The notes under the pieces are model-generated. The model was not told the DNA's origin and did no database searches. It worked only from the letters and a program-made list of their open reading frames with translations. From contig OZ242011.1 of assembly GCA_965204755.1 (NCBI GenBank), positions 928,001 to 992,000 of the forward strand: 64,000 nucleotides of DNA, in the 5' to 3' direction. The translations under genes and the position numbers were made by a program. This document shows, piece by piece, positions 13,201 to 19,755 of the stretch (within the stretch, counting starts at the first letter, position 1; every line of letters begins with the position of its first letter). The DNA is from Candidatus Marinacidobacterium sp. GTDB lineage: Bacteria > Acidobacteriota > Vicinamibacteria > Marinacidobacterales > Marinacidobacteraceae.

Positions 13201-16200
13201 CTCGTGGAACTCGACGGTCGCCTCGATCTCGTCGCCGGCGATGAAGACCCCGTTCGCGCCGCTCGCCGTCCCGCCCAGCGTCAACCCGACGACCCCCGGC
13301 CCGACCCGGTCCGCGGCGGTCCCGTCCACATGGAAACCGCGCCGCTCGACCCGGTGGCCGGCGAGCAGGTCCACGGCGTTGCCGGCGCGGTCCCGGACCG
13401 TCGACGAGGCGGTGATCTCGGCGACCAGCGGCCCGCCGGCGGAGTACGAGTCGCCCGACTGGACGGTGGAGCGGAAGCGGAGCCGGGAGGTGCCCGATCC
13501 CGAGTGGTAGCCCGCGACCCGGGTCGGCGGGTCGAGGCTCAATCGGTAAGTCATCCTCGGCGACCCGGCAACCGTCACCGGCTCCGAGAACCGGGCCTCC
13601 CAGACGATCACATCGCCGGCGATGAAGACCCCGTTCGCGCCGTTGGGCGTCCCGCCCGGAACGATGTGGGTGAGCGTCGGGCGGACCGTGTCCGAGAGCG
13701 AGCCGTTCACGACGAAGCCGGAGGCGTTCGCCACCGCGTGGGTCCCGAGGTCGAGGGCGGCGGCGTTGCCGTCCCGGTCGGCGATGCTCCCGCCGTTCAG
13801 CCCCAGGGCGGAGGCGCCGACGCCGATGCCGTCCGCGTCGGCGTCGGAGGCCACCACCGCGTAGCGGAAGACCAGCGAAGTCGTCCCGCCGCCGGAGGCG
13901 TAGGCCGCCGCCCGGGCGGCGGCGCCGACGGTGAGCGTCAACTGCGGGGCGCCGGCGACGGTTACCGGCTCGCTGAAGGTGACCGCCGCTTCGAGGACAT
14001 CGCCGGCGATGTACGCCCCGGCGGCGCCCTGCGGCGAGCCGGCGGCGAGGGTCAGGCCGGTTACCGTCGGGGCGACGGTGTCCCGGAGGCTGCCGTCCAC
14101 CGCCGGGCCGCCGCCCTCGGTCGCGTGGTCGCCGAGGCCCCGGGAGGCGGCGTTCCCGGCGGCGTCGGCGATCGTCCCGCCGCCCGGCGCGAGCGCCGAG
14201 GCGCCGATCCCGTCCGCGTCGGCGTCGCTCGCCCGGACGGCGTAGCGGAAGACCAGGCGGGTCGTCCCGCTGCCGGAGGCGTAGTCGGCGTGGCGGACCG
14301 CGCTCCCGACGGCCAGCGCGAGCCGCGGCGTCCCGGTAACCGCCGCCGGTTCGTGGAACTCCACGGTCGCCTCGATCTCGTCGCCCCGGAGGAAGACCCC
14401 GTTCGCGCCCCGCGCCGTCCCGCCGAGGGTCACCCCGACCACCTTCGGGCCGACCACATCCGCGAGCGACCCGTCCACCCGGAACCCGGCCGGCAGGGAG
14501 TGGGCGCCGCCGACGGGGTTCGCGTCGTTGCCCCCCTGGTGGGTCTCGCGGTCCTTGATCCGGTTCGCGTTGTCGGTTACCAGCGTGTCGGGGATCGTCC
14601 CGGAGGAGTACCGGTCGGCCGCCTGCGTCACATAGCGGAAGCGGAGGAGGGTGGAGCCGGAGCCGGAGAGGTAGTCCGCTTCCCGCGCCGTCCCGCCGCC
14701 GAGGGTGAACCGGTAGCGCGGCGAGCCGACCACCAGCACCGGCTCGTCGAAGCCGATCTCCCAGTAGAGGGCGTCCCCGGCGGTGAAGACCCCGCCGGCG
14801 CCGGAGGGGATCCCGCCGGGGGTCTTGACGGTCATGCTCGGGCGGCGCGGGTCCTGGCTGTTCGCGTTGATCGAGAAGTCGCCCCGGTTCGTGAAGGCGT
14901 GCGCTCCGAGACCCAGCGCCGCCGCGTGGTTCGCGGCGTCCCGGATCGTCCCGCCGTTCAGGGTCAGCGCCGAGGCGCCGATGCTGATCCCGTCGAAGTC
15001 GAAAAGGGCGCCGCGCGGGATGTCCCAGTGGAACCGCAGCGTCGTCCCGCCGCTGCCGGATGCATAGGGGGCCGGGAGCGTCCCCCGGAAGTTGTTGGGG
15101 TTGGTGTCACCCAGGGTTATCGCGACCTGCGGGGTCCCGGTAACCGTTACCGGCTCGCTGAACGCGACCGCCACCACGATGGTCTCGTAAGCGCCATAGA
15201 CGCCGGCGGAGAAATGCGGCGGCCGGAGCGAGGAGAGCGAGACGCCGGTTACCACCGGCGCGACGGCGTCGGCGTTCGCCCCGGCCACCGGGAAGCCGGC
15301 GGCGTCGGGGATCGCGCCGAGGGCGAGCGCCGCGGCGTTGCCGGCGGCGTCCCGGATCGTCCCGCCGCCGAGGGTGAGCGCCGAGGCGGGGACCGCCACC
15401 CCGTTCGGGTCGGCGTCCCCGGCGGCGACGGTGTAGCGGAACACCAGCGAGGCCGTCCCGCTGCCGAGCGCGTAGGCGGCCTGCCGGGTGGCGGCGCCGA
15501 CGGCGAGCGCCACCCGGGGGGTCCCGGTAACCGTTACCGGCTCGTCGAACTCCACGGTTACTTCGAGGTCGTCGCCGGCGATGAACCGCCCGTTCGCGCC
15601 CTCCGGGCGGCCCCCGAGGCGCGCGCCGGCGACCGCCGGGCGGCGGGCGTCCGTCCCGCCCCCGGCCACCGCCGGGCCGCCGGCGGTTACGGTGCGCGTC
15701 CCCAGGCCCAGCCGGGCGTCGGTGTCCCGGGCGTCGGCGATCGTCCCGCCGTTCAGCGCGAGCGCCGAGGCGGCGACGGTGATCCCGTCGGCGTCCGCGT
15801 CGCCGGCGGCGACGGCGTAGGCGAAGACCAGGTCCCTCGTCCCGCTGCCGGAGGCGTAGGCCGCCTGCCGGGTGTTCGCGCCGACCGTGAGCGCCAGTCG
15901 GGGGGTCCCGGTAACCGTCACCTCTTCGCTGAAGGTCACCGTCGCCTCGATCCGGTCGCCGGCGATGAAGACCCCGTTCGCGCCCTGGGCGAGGCCCCCG
16001 AGGGAGAGGCCGGTCACCGTCGGCGGGACCGCCTCCGGGGCGCTCCCGTTCACCGCCGGGCCGCCGGCGGCGAGGGCGTGCTCGCCGAGGCCGAGGGAGG
16101 CGGCGTTCGGCGGGGTCGCCAGGTCGCGGATCGTCCCGCCGTTCGATTCGAGCGCCGAGGCGGAGACGGTGATCCCGTCGGCGTCGGTGTCGGAGCGGAC

Positions 16201-19200
16201 GACGGTGTAGCGGAAGACCGGCGAAGAGGTCCCGCTGCCGGAGTGGTAGGCCGCGTACCGCGTCCCGCTGGCGAGGGTGAGGGCCACCCGCGGGGTCCCG
16301 GTAACCGTTACCGGCTCGTCGAACTCGACGGTGAGGTCGAGGTGGTCGCCGGCGATGAAGACGCCGCCGGGGCCGGTCCCGGTCCCGCCGGCGGCGAGCC
16401 CGACCACCGTCGGGGCGCGGGCGTCGGCCCCCCGGCCGTTCACCCGGGCGCCGGCGTCGTCGGTCAGCGCGTGGGATCCGAGGGAGAGCGCGGCGGCGTT
16501 CCCCGAGGCGTCGGCGAGCGTCCCGCCGTTCAGCGAAAGCGCCGAGCCCCCGACGGAGACGCCGCTCGGGTCGGAGTCGCCGGAGACGACGGTGTAGCGG
16601 AAGACCAGTTCGGAAGTCCCGCCGCCGGAGGAGTAGTCGGCGCGGCGCGCCCCGCTGGCGAGGATGAGGGTGACCTGCGGGGTCCCGGTAACCGTTACCG
16701 GCTCGTCGAAGGCGAGGGTCGCCTCGATCGCGTCGCCGGCGATGAAGACGCCGCCCGCGCCCTGGGCCAGGCCCCCGAGGGTCGCGCCGGTTACCGCCGG
16801 GCCGGCGAGGTCCGCGCCGTCCCCGTCCACGAGGAAGCCGGCCGGGCGGTAGTTCAGGTCCTGCGCCGAAGGGCCCCGGTTGCCGGCGCGGTCCTCGATG
16901 CCCCAGGAGGTGGCCGACTGGAACAGGACCCAGGTCATGCTCCCGCCGGCGTACTCGTCGGCGGAAGCGACCGCGTAGCGGTAGCGGAGCAGCGCCGAAC
17001 CCGATCCCGAGGAGTACCGGACGCGCCGCTGGTTCGCGAGCGTGTCGGCGCCGAAGTACACGGTGAGGTGGGGCGTCCCGGTCCCGGTAACCGTTACCGG
17101 CTCCGAGAACCGCACTTCCCAGACGATCACATCGCCGGCCACGAAGGCGCCGCCGGGGCCGGAGCCGGTCCCGGTCGGGGTAACCGAGAGGACCCGCGCC
17201 CCGACCGAGTCCACGAAGGCGCCGTTCACCGGGAAGTCGCTGTTGTCGCTGATCGCGTGGCTTCCGAGGGCCAGGGCCGCGTCGTTCGGCGTAGCCGCGC
17301 CGTCCCGGATGGTCCCGCCGTTCAGGGTGAGCGCCGAGGCGGTAACGGAGATGCCGTCCCCGTCGGTGTCCCCGGCGACCACCTGGTAGCGGAAGACCAG
17401 CGCGGCGGTCCCGCTGCCGGAGGCGTAGTCCACCTGGCGGATATCCGCGCCGATCCCGAACGCCAACTGCGGGGTCCCGGTAACCGTTACCGGCTCGCTG
17501 AAGGTGACCGTCGCCTCGATCTCGTCGCCGGCCCGGTAGGTCCCGCCGGCGCCCTGCGGCGCCGGGGGGACCCCGGCGAGGGTCAGCCCGGTAACCGTCG
17601 GGCTGAGGGTGTCCGCCGCGCTCCCGTCCACGACCGAGTTCGGGGCGGCGGTTACGGCGTGGTCGCCGAGGGCGAGGGCGGCGGCGTTCCCCGAGGCGTC
17701 CTCGATCCTCCCGCCGTTCAGGGAGAGCGCGGAGACGCCGATCCCGTCGGCGTCGGCGTCGGCGGGGACGACGGTGTAGCGGAAGACCGCCGCGGCCGTC
17801 CCGCTGCCGGAGGACTCGTAGTCCGCCCGGCGGGTGTTCGCGCCGACGGCGAGGACCGCCTGCGGGTTCCCGGTAACCGTTACCGGCTCGCTGAAGGCCG
17901 CGGTGATTTCGAGGGCGTCCCCGGCGATGAAGACGCCGTTCCGCCCCCGGCCCGAACCGGAGACCGTTACGCCGGTAACCGTCGGGGCGGCGGCGTCGGC
18001 GGCGGCCCCGGCCACGACGAAGCCGGCGGCGTCCGCCGCCGCGTGGGCGCCGAGGCCGAGCGCGGCGGCGTTCCCCGCGGCGTCGCGGATCGTCCCGCCG
18101 TTCAGGGCGAGCGCCGAAGCGCCGACGGAGATCCCGTCCGCGTCGGCGTCGGCGGCCGCGACGGTGTAGCGGAAGACCAGTTCCTCGTCCCCGGTCCCGG
18201 ACACATAACCCGCCTGCCGGGTGTTCGCGCCGACGGTGAGGGCGAGTTGCGGGGGCCCGGTTACCAGGGCCGCCTCGTCGAAGCGCACCGTGGCTTCGAT
18301 CCGGTCCCCGGCGATGAACGCGCCGCCGGCGCCCTGCCCGCTCCCGGAGAGCCGGAGGCCGACCACCCTCGGCCCGGTCCCGTCCGCCGCCGAGCCGCTC
18401 ACCACGAAGTTCGAGTCGTTCGCGACGGCGTGGGTCCCGAGGCCGAGCGCCGCGTCGTTCGGGGTCGCCCCGTCGGGCGCGAGGTCCTGGATCGTCCCGC
18501 CGTTCAGCGCGAGCGCGGTCGCGGCGACGGAGATCCCGTCGGCGTCGGCGTCCCCGGAGACCACCGCGTACCGGAAACGCAGGGTGGCGGTCCCGCTGCC
18601 GGAGGCGTAGTCGGCCTGCTTGTCGGTCGTCCCGATGGTGAGGGCGACCTGCGGCGTCCCGGTAACGGTTACCGCTTCGCTGAAGGTGACCGCCGCTTCG
18701 ACGGCGTCGCCGGCCCGGTAGGCCCCGCCCGCGCCCTGCGGCGCCGGCGGGACCCCGGCGAGGGCCAGCCCGGTAACCGTCGGCGCCGGGTCGGCGGCGC
18801 CGCCGTTCACCACCGCGTCCCCGTCGGCGATCGCGTGGGCGCCGAGGCCGAGCGCGGCGGCGTTGCCCGAGGCGTCCCGGATCGTCGCGCCGTTCAGCGC
18901 GAGGGCCGCCGCGCCGACGGAGACCCCGTCCGCGTCGGCGTCCCCGGCGGCGACGGTGTAGCGGAAGACCAGCGAAGCGGTCCCGCTGCCGGAGAAGTAG
19001 TCCGCCCGGGGCGTCCCGCCGGTGGTGGTGAGGCCGAGCGCGACCTGCGGGGTCCCGCCGACCGTAACGGGCTCGCTGAACTCGAGCGTTACCGCGAGGA
19101 CATCGCCGGCGAGGAAGACGCCGCCCGCGCCCCGGCCCGTCCCGGAGACCGCCGCCCCGGTTACCGAGGGGCCGACCGCGTCGGCGGCGTTCCCGTTCAC

Positions 19201-19755
19201 CGGGAAGTCGGCGGCGCGGGCCACCGCGTGGACGCCGAGGCCGAGGGCGGCGGCGTTGCCGCCGGCGTCGCCGATCGTCCCGCCGTTCAGCGCGATCTCC
19301 GAAACGCCGATCCCGTCGGCGTCCACTTCCCCGGCGCCCACCGCGTAGCGGAAGACCAGCCGGGCCGAACCGCTGCCGGAGGACTCGTAGTCCGCGTAGC
19401 GGGAGTACGCGCCGACGGCGAGCAGGAGCCGCGGCGTCCCGCCGGTCGCGTCCACCGTTACCGGCTCGCTGAAGGTGACCGCCGCCTCGATGGCGTCGCC
19501 GGCGATGTACGCGCCGTTCGCGCCCTGCGGCGCCGGCGGGACGCCGGCGAGCGAGAGCCCGGTAACCGTCGGGGCCACCGCGTCCCCGGCGGCGGCGTCC
19601 ACCGCCGGGCCGCCGGCGGTTACCGCGTGGGCGCCGAGGCCGCGCGCCGCGTCGTTCGGAGTCGCCGCCCCGTCCCGGATCGTCCCGCCGGTGAGCGCCG
19701 CCGCGCCGATGCCGATCCCGTCCGCGTCGGCGTCGCCGGAGGCCACGGTGTAGCG
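1102..19755 (-). CDS. Giant Ig-like repeat protein, middle segment (~6,180 aa, ~50 repeats); continuation of the gene above
   Basis: In the 8046-aa ORF (1102..25242) only the part from ...RYTVASGDADADG (~19755) onward has the repeat consensus; the preceding ~1830 aa are Arg-rich off-frame translation. Consensus is lost again at VNGALP|TWFRR (~1221). Confidence 0.85.
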   Translation of the reverse strand, partial: RYTVASGDADADGIGIGAAALTGGTIRDGAATPNDAARGLGAHAVTAGGPAVDAAAGDAVAPTVTGLSLAGVPPAPQGANGAYIAGDAIEAAVTFSEPVTVDATGGTPRLLLAVGAYSRYADYESSGSGSARLVFRYAVGAGEVDADGIGVSEIALNGGTIGDAGGNAAALGLGVHAVARAADFPVNGNAADAVGPSVTGAAVSGTGRGAGGVFLAGDVLAVTLEFSEPVTVGGTPQVALGLTTTGGTPRADYFSGSGTASLVFRYTVAAGDADADGVSVGAAALALNGATIRDASGNAAALGLGAHAIADGDAVVNGGAADPAPTVTGLALAGVPPAPQGAGGAYRAGDAVEAAVTFSEAVTVTGTPQVALTIGTTDKQADYASGSGTATLRFRYAVVSGDADADGISVAATALALNGGTIQDLAPDGATPNDAALGLGTHAVANDSNFVVSGSAADGTGPRVVGLRLSGSGQGAGGAFIAGDRIEATVRFDEAALVTGPPQLALTVGANTRQAGYVSGTGDEELVFRYTVAAADADADGISVGASALALNGGTIRDAAGNAAALGLGAHAAADAAGFVVAGAAADAAAPTVTGVTVSGSGRGRNGVFIAGDALEITAAFSEPVTVTGNPQAVLAVGANTRRADYESSGSGTAAAVFRYTVVPADADADGIGVSALSLNGGRIEDASGNAAALALGDHAVTAAPNSVVDGSAADTLSPTVTGLTLAGVPPAPQGAGGTYRAGDEIEATVTFSEPVTVTGTPQLAFGIGADIRQVDYASGSGTAALVFRYQVVAGDTDGDGISVTASALTLNGGTIRDGAATPNDAALALGSHAISDNSDFPVNGAFVDSVGARVLSVTPTGTGSGPGGAFVAGDVIVWEVRFSEPVTVTGTGTPHLTVYFGADTLANQRRVRYSSGSGSALLRYRYAVASADEYAGGSMTWVLFQSATSWGIEDRAGNRGPSAQDLNYRPAGFLVDGDGADLAGPAVTGATLGGLAQGAGGVFIAGDAIEATLAFDEPVTVTGTPQVTLILASGARRADYSSGGGTSELVFRYTVVSGDSDPSGVSVGGSALSLNGGTLADASGNAAALSLGSHALTDDAGARVNGRGADARAPTVVGLAAGGTGTGPGGVFIAGDHLDLTVEFDEPVTVTGTPRVALTLASGTRYAAYHSGSGTSSPVFRYTVVRSDTDADGITVSASALESNGGTIRDLATPPNAASLGLGEHALAAGGPAVNGSAPEAVPPTVTGLSLGGLAQGANGVFIAGDRIEATVTFSEEVTVTGTPRLALTVGANTRQAAYASGSGTRDLVFAYAVAAGDADADGITVAASALALNGGTIADARDTDARLGLGTRTVTAGGPAVAGGGTDARRPAVAGARLGGRPEGANGRFIAGDDLEVTVEFDEPVTVTGTPRVALAVGAATRQAAYALGSGTASLVFRYTVAAGDADPNGVAVPASALTLGGGTIRDAAGNAAALALGAIPDAAGFPVAGANADAVAPVVTGVSLSSLRPPHFSAGVYGAYETIVVAVAFSEPVTVTGTPQVAITLGDTNPNNFRGTLPAPYASGSGGTTLRFHWDIPRGALFDFDGISIGASALTLNGGTIRDAANHAAALGLGAHAFTNRGDFSINANSQDPRRPSMTVKTPGGIPSGAGGVFTAGDALYWEIGFDEPVLVVGSPRYRFTLGGGTAREADYLSGSGSTLLRFRYVTQAADRYSSGTIPDTLVTDNANRIKDRETHQGGNDANPVGGAHSLPAGFRVDGSLADVVGPKVVGVTLGGTARGANGVFLRGDEIEATVEFHEPAAVTGTPRLALAVGSAVRHADYASGSGTTRLVFRYAVRASDADADGIGASALAPGGGTIADAAGNAASRGLGDHATEGGGPAVDGSLRDTVAPTVTGLTLAAGSPQGAAGAYIAGDVLEAAVTFSEPVTVAGAPQLTLTVGAAARAAAYASGGGTTSLVFRYAVVASDADADGIGVGASALGLNGGSIADRDGNAAALDLGTHAVANASGFVVNGSLSDTVRPTLTHIVPGGTPNGANGVFIAGDVIVWEARFSEPVTVAGSPRMTYRLSLDPPTRVAGYHSGSGTSRLRFRSTVQSGDSYSAGGPLVAEITASSTVRDRAGNAVDLLAGHRVERRGFHVDGTAADRVGPGVVGLTLGGTASGANGVFIAGDEIEATVEFHEAATVTGTPRLALAVGSAARRAAYASGSGTSSLVFRYTVAAGDADPNGIGVGASALALNGGSIADSTGNAAALGLGAHAITDGDLVVNGAGTDGTAPTVTGLTLSGSAPQGADGAYREGDRIEAAVAFSEPVTVTGTPQLALTVGALTRQAAYVSGSGTASLTFRYAVASGDSDSDGIGVGASALTLNGGSIADAAGNAAALGLGTHALTAAAAFPVNGSLSDTVAPTILSVTPGGFGNGAGGVFTAGDFIFWEVRFSEPVVLPRFGQGSFTFAFPNGVPRTAAFDYRTAPRRATDRYRYRYAVAAGDAYTGGTIRFDFSGLRGSDAAGNRVSTTGSPEIDLTGFRVDGAAADAAGPAVVSLHLDPYTTQGANGTYIAGDDITVRLEFHEPVTVTGTPQLALDIGSATRQVPLTAINSTRRWLRFSYVVRAEDSDADGISIGGSALTLDGGAITDGGGRAASLDLSRHAITDHPAVVVDGSGADATPPTISAQGFNWRASGRPNGAGGVYVAGDSFTFGYRFSEPVFVTGSPRVRLTVGSATRYADYAGGSGGEVVLFRYTVQAGDSDADGVSAHSWDPGSATIRDRGGHDVPALAPGVSGPIPAIIVNGAAADVRAPAVAGLTLGGIGQGANGVFVAGDLIEATVEFDEAVTVTGQARVVLTVGAASRPADYASGSGTTSLVFRYTVVAADADADGISATAITAASIADAAGNNAAVGLGAHAITDGGLVVNGGGADVLAPPVTGLALSGLANGANGAFIAGDILEATVDFREAVTVTGTPRLALSVGAATRYADYESSGGGTSSLLFRYLVAAADEDADGVTVAASALALAGGTIRDGAGNDAALDLGPHAVTAGGPAVDGGGADAAGPVVTGVAVSGDRQAVSSGVPVFTAGDRIVVTIAFNEAVTVTGTPQAALTVGASTRQAAYVSGSGTSSLEFRYTVAASDSDGNGVGVGASALSLNGGTLADAAGNAANLDLGAHAVSDLRGTVVLGGQGDSRRPAVIGLTLAGGAPGAQGANGKYIAGDALEVTVAFDEPVTVTGTPRVALGVGANTRHAAYASGSGTDSPVFRYEVVRADADPDGPSIGASALALNGGTIADAAGNAAALALGSHAVENAAGFVVKGSDPDTLAPTVAGVTVGGRAHGAGGVFLAGDEIEATVDFDQPVTVTGTPQAALTIGADTRQAGYVSGSGTSSLLFRYAVGAADRDRDGLAVGAGALSLNGGTLKDGAGNDALLGLGAHAVADGEGPAVDGGARDTVAPTVTGLTLASLAPAPQGAGGVHTTGDAIEATVEFSEAVLVTGTPRLAFFLTLGEIRQAPYVRGSGTTSLVFRYTVAAGDRDPDGVTIGGGALNLDDGTITDRVTHNARLPLPPGAAVDNDRRFRVDGSAADSVAPAVSGLALSGRADGAGGVFIAGDAIAATVEFTEPVTVTGTPRLALGVGRATRYAAYASGSGTRSLVFRYAVVREDYDRNGVSVGASALALNGGSIGDGTNAAALALGSGAVEDAAGFRVDSAAADRRGPAVVGLALSGNGRGAGGVFLAGDRIEATVEFDEPAAVTGAPRLALAVGANTRQAAYESGSGTTSLVFRYAVAADDRDDDGVSVPASALSLNGGSIEDSSGNDASLGLGAHAVEGGAVVGGLVVDGSARDRVVPTVTGLAISGRPQGSASGNPEFIAGDEIAVTVSFSEVVVVSGRPQVALTLVTGVRQARYAGGSGTSSLEFRYAVVAADAAANGIGIGASALTRNGGSIRDLADNPAALGLSRHAVAGDTRARVQGASPDTLGPAVTGVSLSGTGQAADGAFIAGDAIEATVEFHEEVTVAGGTPRLALAVGAAARRADYRASGSGTKRLTFRYAVAAGDRDADGIGVPASALTLPAGVTIRDAAGNAASLSLGAHAVANAAGFRVNGAAADRRGPAVTGLTVSGGASGANGVFIAGDAIEVAVAFDERVTVTGAPQVALEVGANTRPAAYASGSGTASLRFRYAAAAADEDPDGLTVLASALALNGGTIRDDAGNDAALGLGAHAVTAGGPAVDGDGADAAAPTVTGLAVGGVRQGSDAGGAHFAGGDRIEVTVEFSEPVTVTGTPRLALTVGANTRQADYASGSGTGALVFRYTVAGGTDPDSDADGLSVAASALALNDGTIADRAGNAAALGLGAHAVTNDGDSRVLGNSVDKQGPTVTGVSLSGTPNGARGVFIAGDGIAVTVEFHEAVTVTGTPRVALAVGRASRSAAYVSGGGTTALTFRYRVARGDADADGVGVSALSLAGGKITDGAAPPNPAALDLGAHAAANDPRFPVRGSAPDAVAPTVTGVRVAGAASGANGVFIAGDRIEVTVEFHEPVTVTGTPRLALAVGAAARQADYASGSGTRSLLFRYAVAAGDAAPDGITVGASALALNGGRIRDRAGNDAGIGLGAHAVASGGPVVTGAGTDAVAPTVTGLALSGRPQGDGGAYREGDAIEAAVSFSEPVTVTGTPRLALTVGTFTRQADYASGSGTSALVFRYTVVGGTAPDSDADGIGVAASALTLNEGSIADAAGNAAALGLGTHAVANAAAFRVAGAFPDSRAPAVVGVTLSGRAQGVLPFRGAGGGAGGLFVAGDALVVTVEFDEAVTVTGTPRVALAVGAATRQADYASGSGTTALAFRYAVAAADFDRDGVSVGASALALNGGSIADAAGNAAALGLGAHAVASDGDFPVNGAGADATGPTVTGVSLSGTGQGADGVFVAGDVIRATVSFHEPVTVTGAPQLALTVGAAARPAAYASGSGTASLVFRYTVVRADADADGITIAASALGLNGGTIRDRATPTPNAASLDLGAHAVTNDDDFEVDGDAADAVAPTVTGVVVSGDKQGVRATGPVFIAGDEIVVTVTFSEPVTVSGTPQVDLGFGGDTLAGYVSGSGTASLEFRYEVLAGDTQAGFTVGASALSLNGGTIADAHGNAAALGLGTVPGLHFVVPNLADGVGPTVAGLALSGSGRGAGGAFLAGDRIEAVVEFTEPVTVTGTPRLALVVGEDTRRAAYVSGSGTDSLRFRYAVVRGDEAPAGIEVPASALTPAGGTIADAAGNAAALDLGEHAVAADAAFVVDGAGADTRAPSVVGVRLSGAANGANGVFIAGDRLEVTVVFDEPVTVTGTPRVALTVGAATRYAAYVSGGGTTSPVFRYTVARADRDADGVSVGASALDLNGGKIADAANRAANLPLGTREIANDADFRVDGAAADAVGPVVTGVALSGRANGANGVFVAGDEIFAAVEFSEPVTVTGSPRLALTVGTATRHAGYVSGGGTRSPVFRYTVAAGDAAPSGLGVAASALALAGGTIADAAGHAAALSLGAHAITDDRRFVVDGAVADSVAPTVVGISLSGTGQGPGGVFVAGDVIFVTVEYSEAVLVAGAGPQVVLQVGPRSSDTRRAAYASGSGTASLVFRYRVGAGDRDADGVSVNPGGLGNLVATARIVDAAGNQAALTLGRTNSIVDDGDFIVDGGAADGVVPAVTGVSVGGTARGANGTFILDDVIEVTVEFHEAVTVTGTPQLALDIGGATRYANYALGSGTPSLVFRYTVFSTDADANGLGIGASALSLNGGTVADASGQAAALGLGDHAITDGDHPVDGGGTDGDAPTVTGLILSGNPQGARGVFRAGDAIEAAVTFNEPVTVTGTPRLALTIGTATRQANYASGSGARTLLFRYIVASGDADANGIGVSAAALTLNGGTIRDGANRDAALGLGTHAIANDGRVPVNAAAADAAPPRVTGTTFSGAGSLAVGAFGVGDTIDITIEFNEAVTVSSTTDVVVIAGSRTLGAPYLSGSGTTSLVYRYTVGYGHYDADGLSLTSLVAAYAAPRDSAGNRWHPDHQPETDYRIYNDSNFLVYGAGSYLMTGVSVTGAPQGAGGFYTAGDALEVTITYNRAVEVTGGTPQVPLTIGSATRHADYASGSGTSSLVFRYTVVAADRDLNGISLGERILDGIQIRGPDWNLRAYAFTDDPRLRVNGALPTWFRRRSSGRPPSGAAGGRAASSSPGKRSSGRWSSPSR

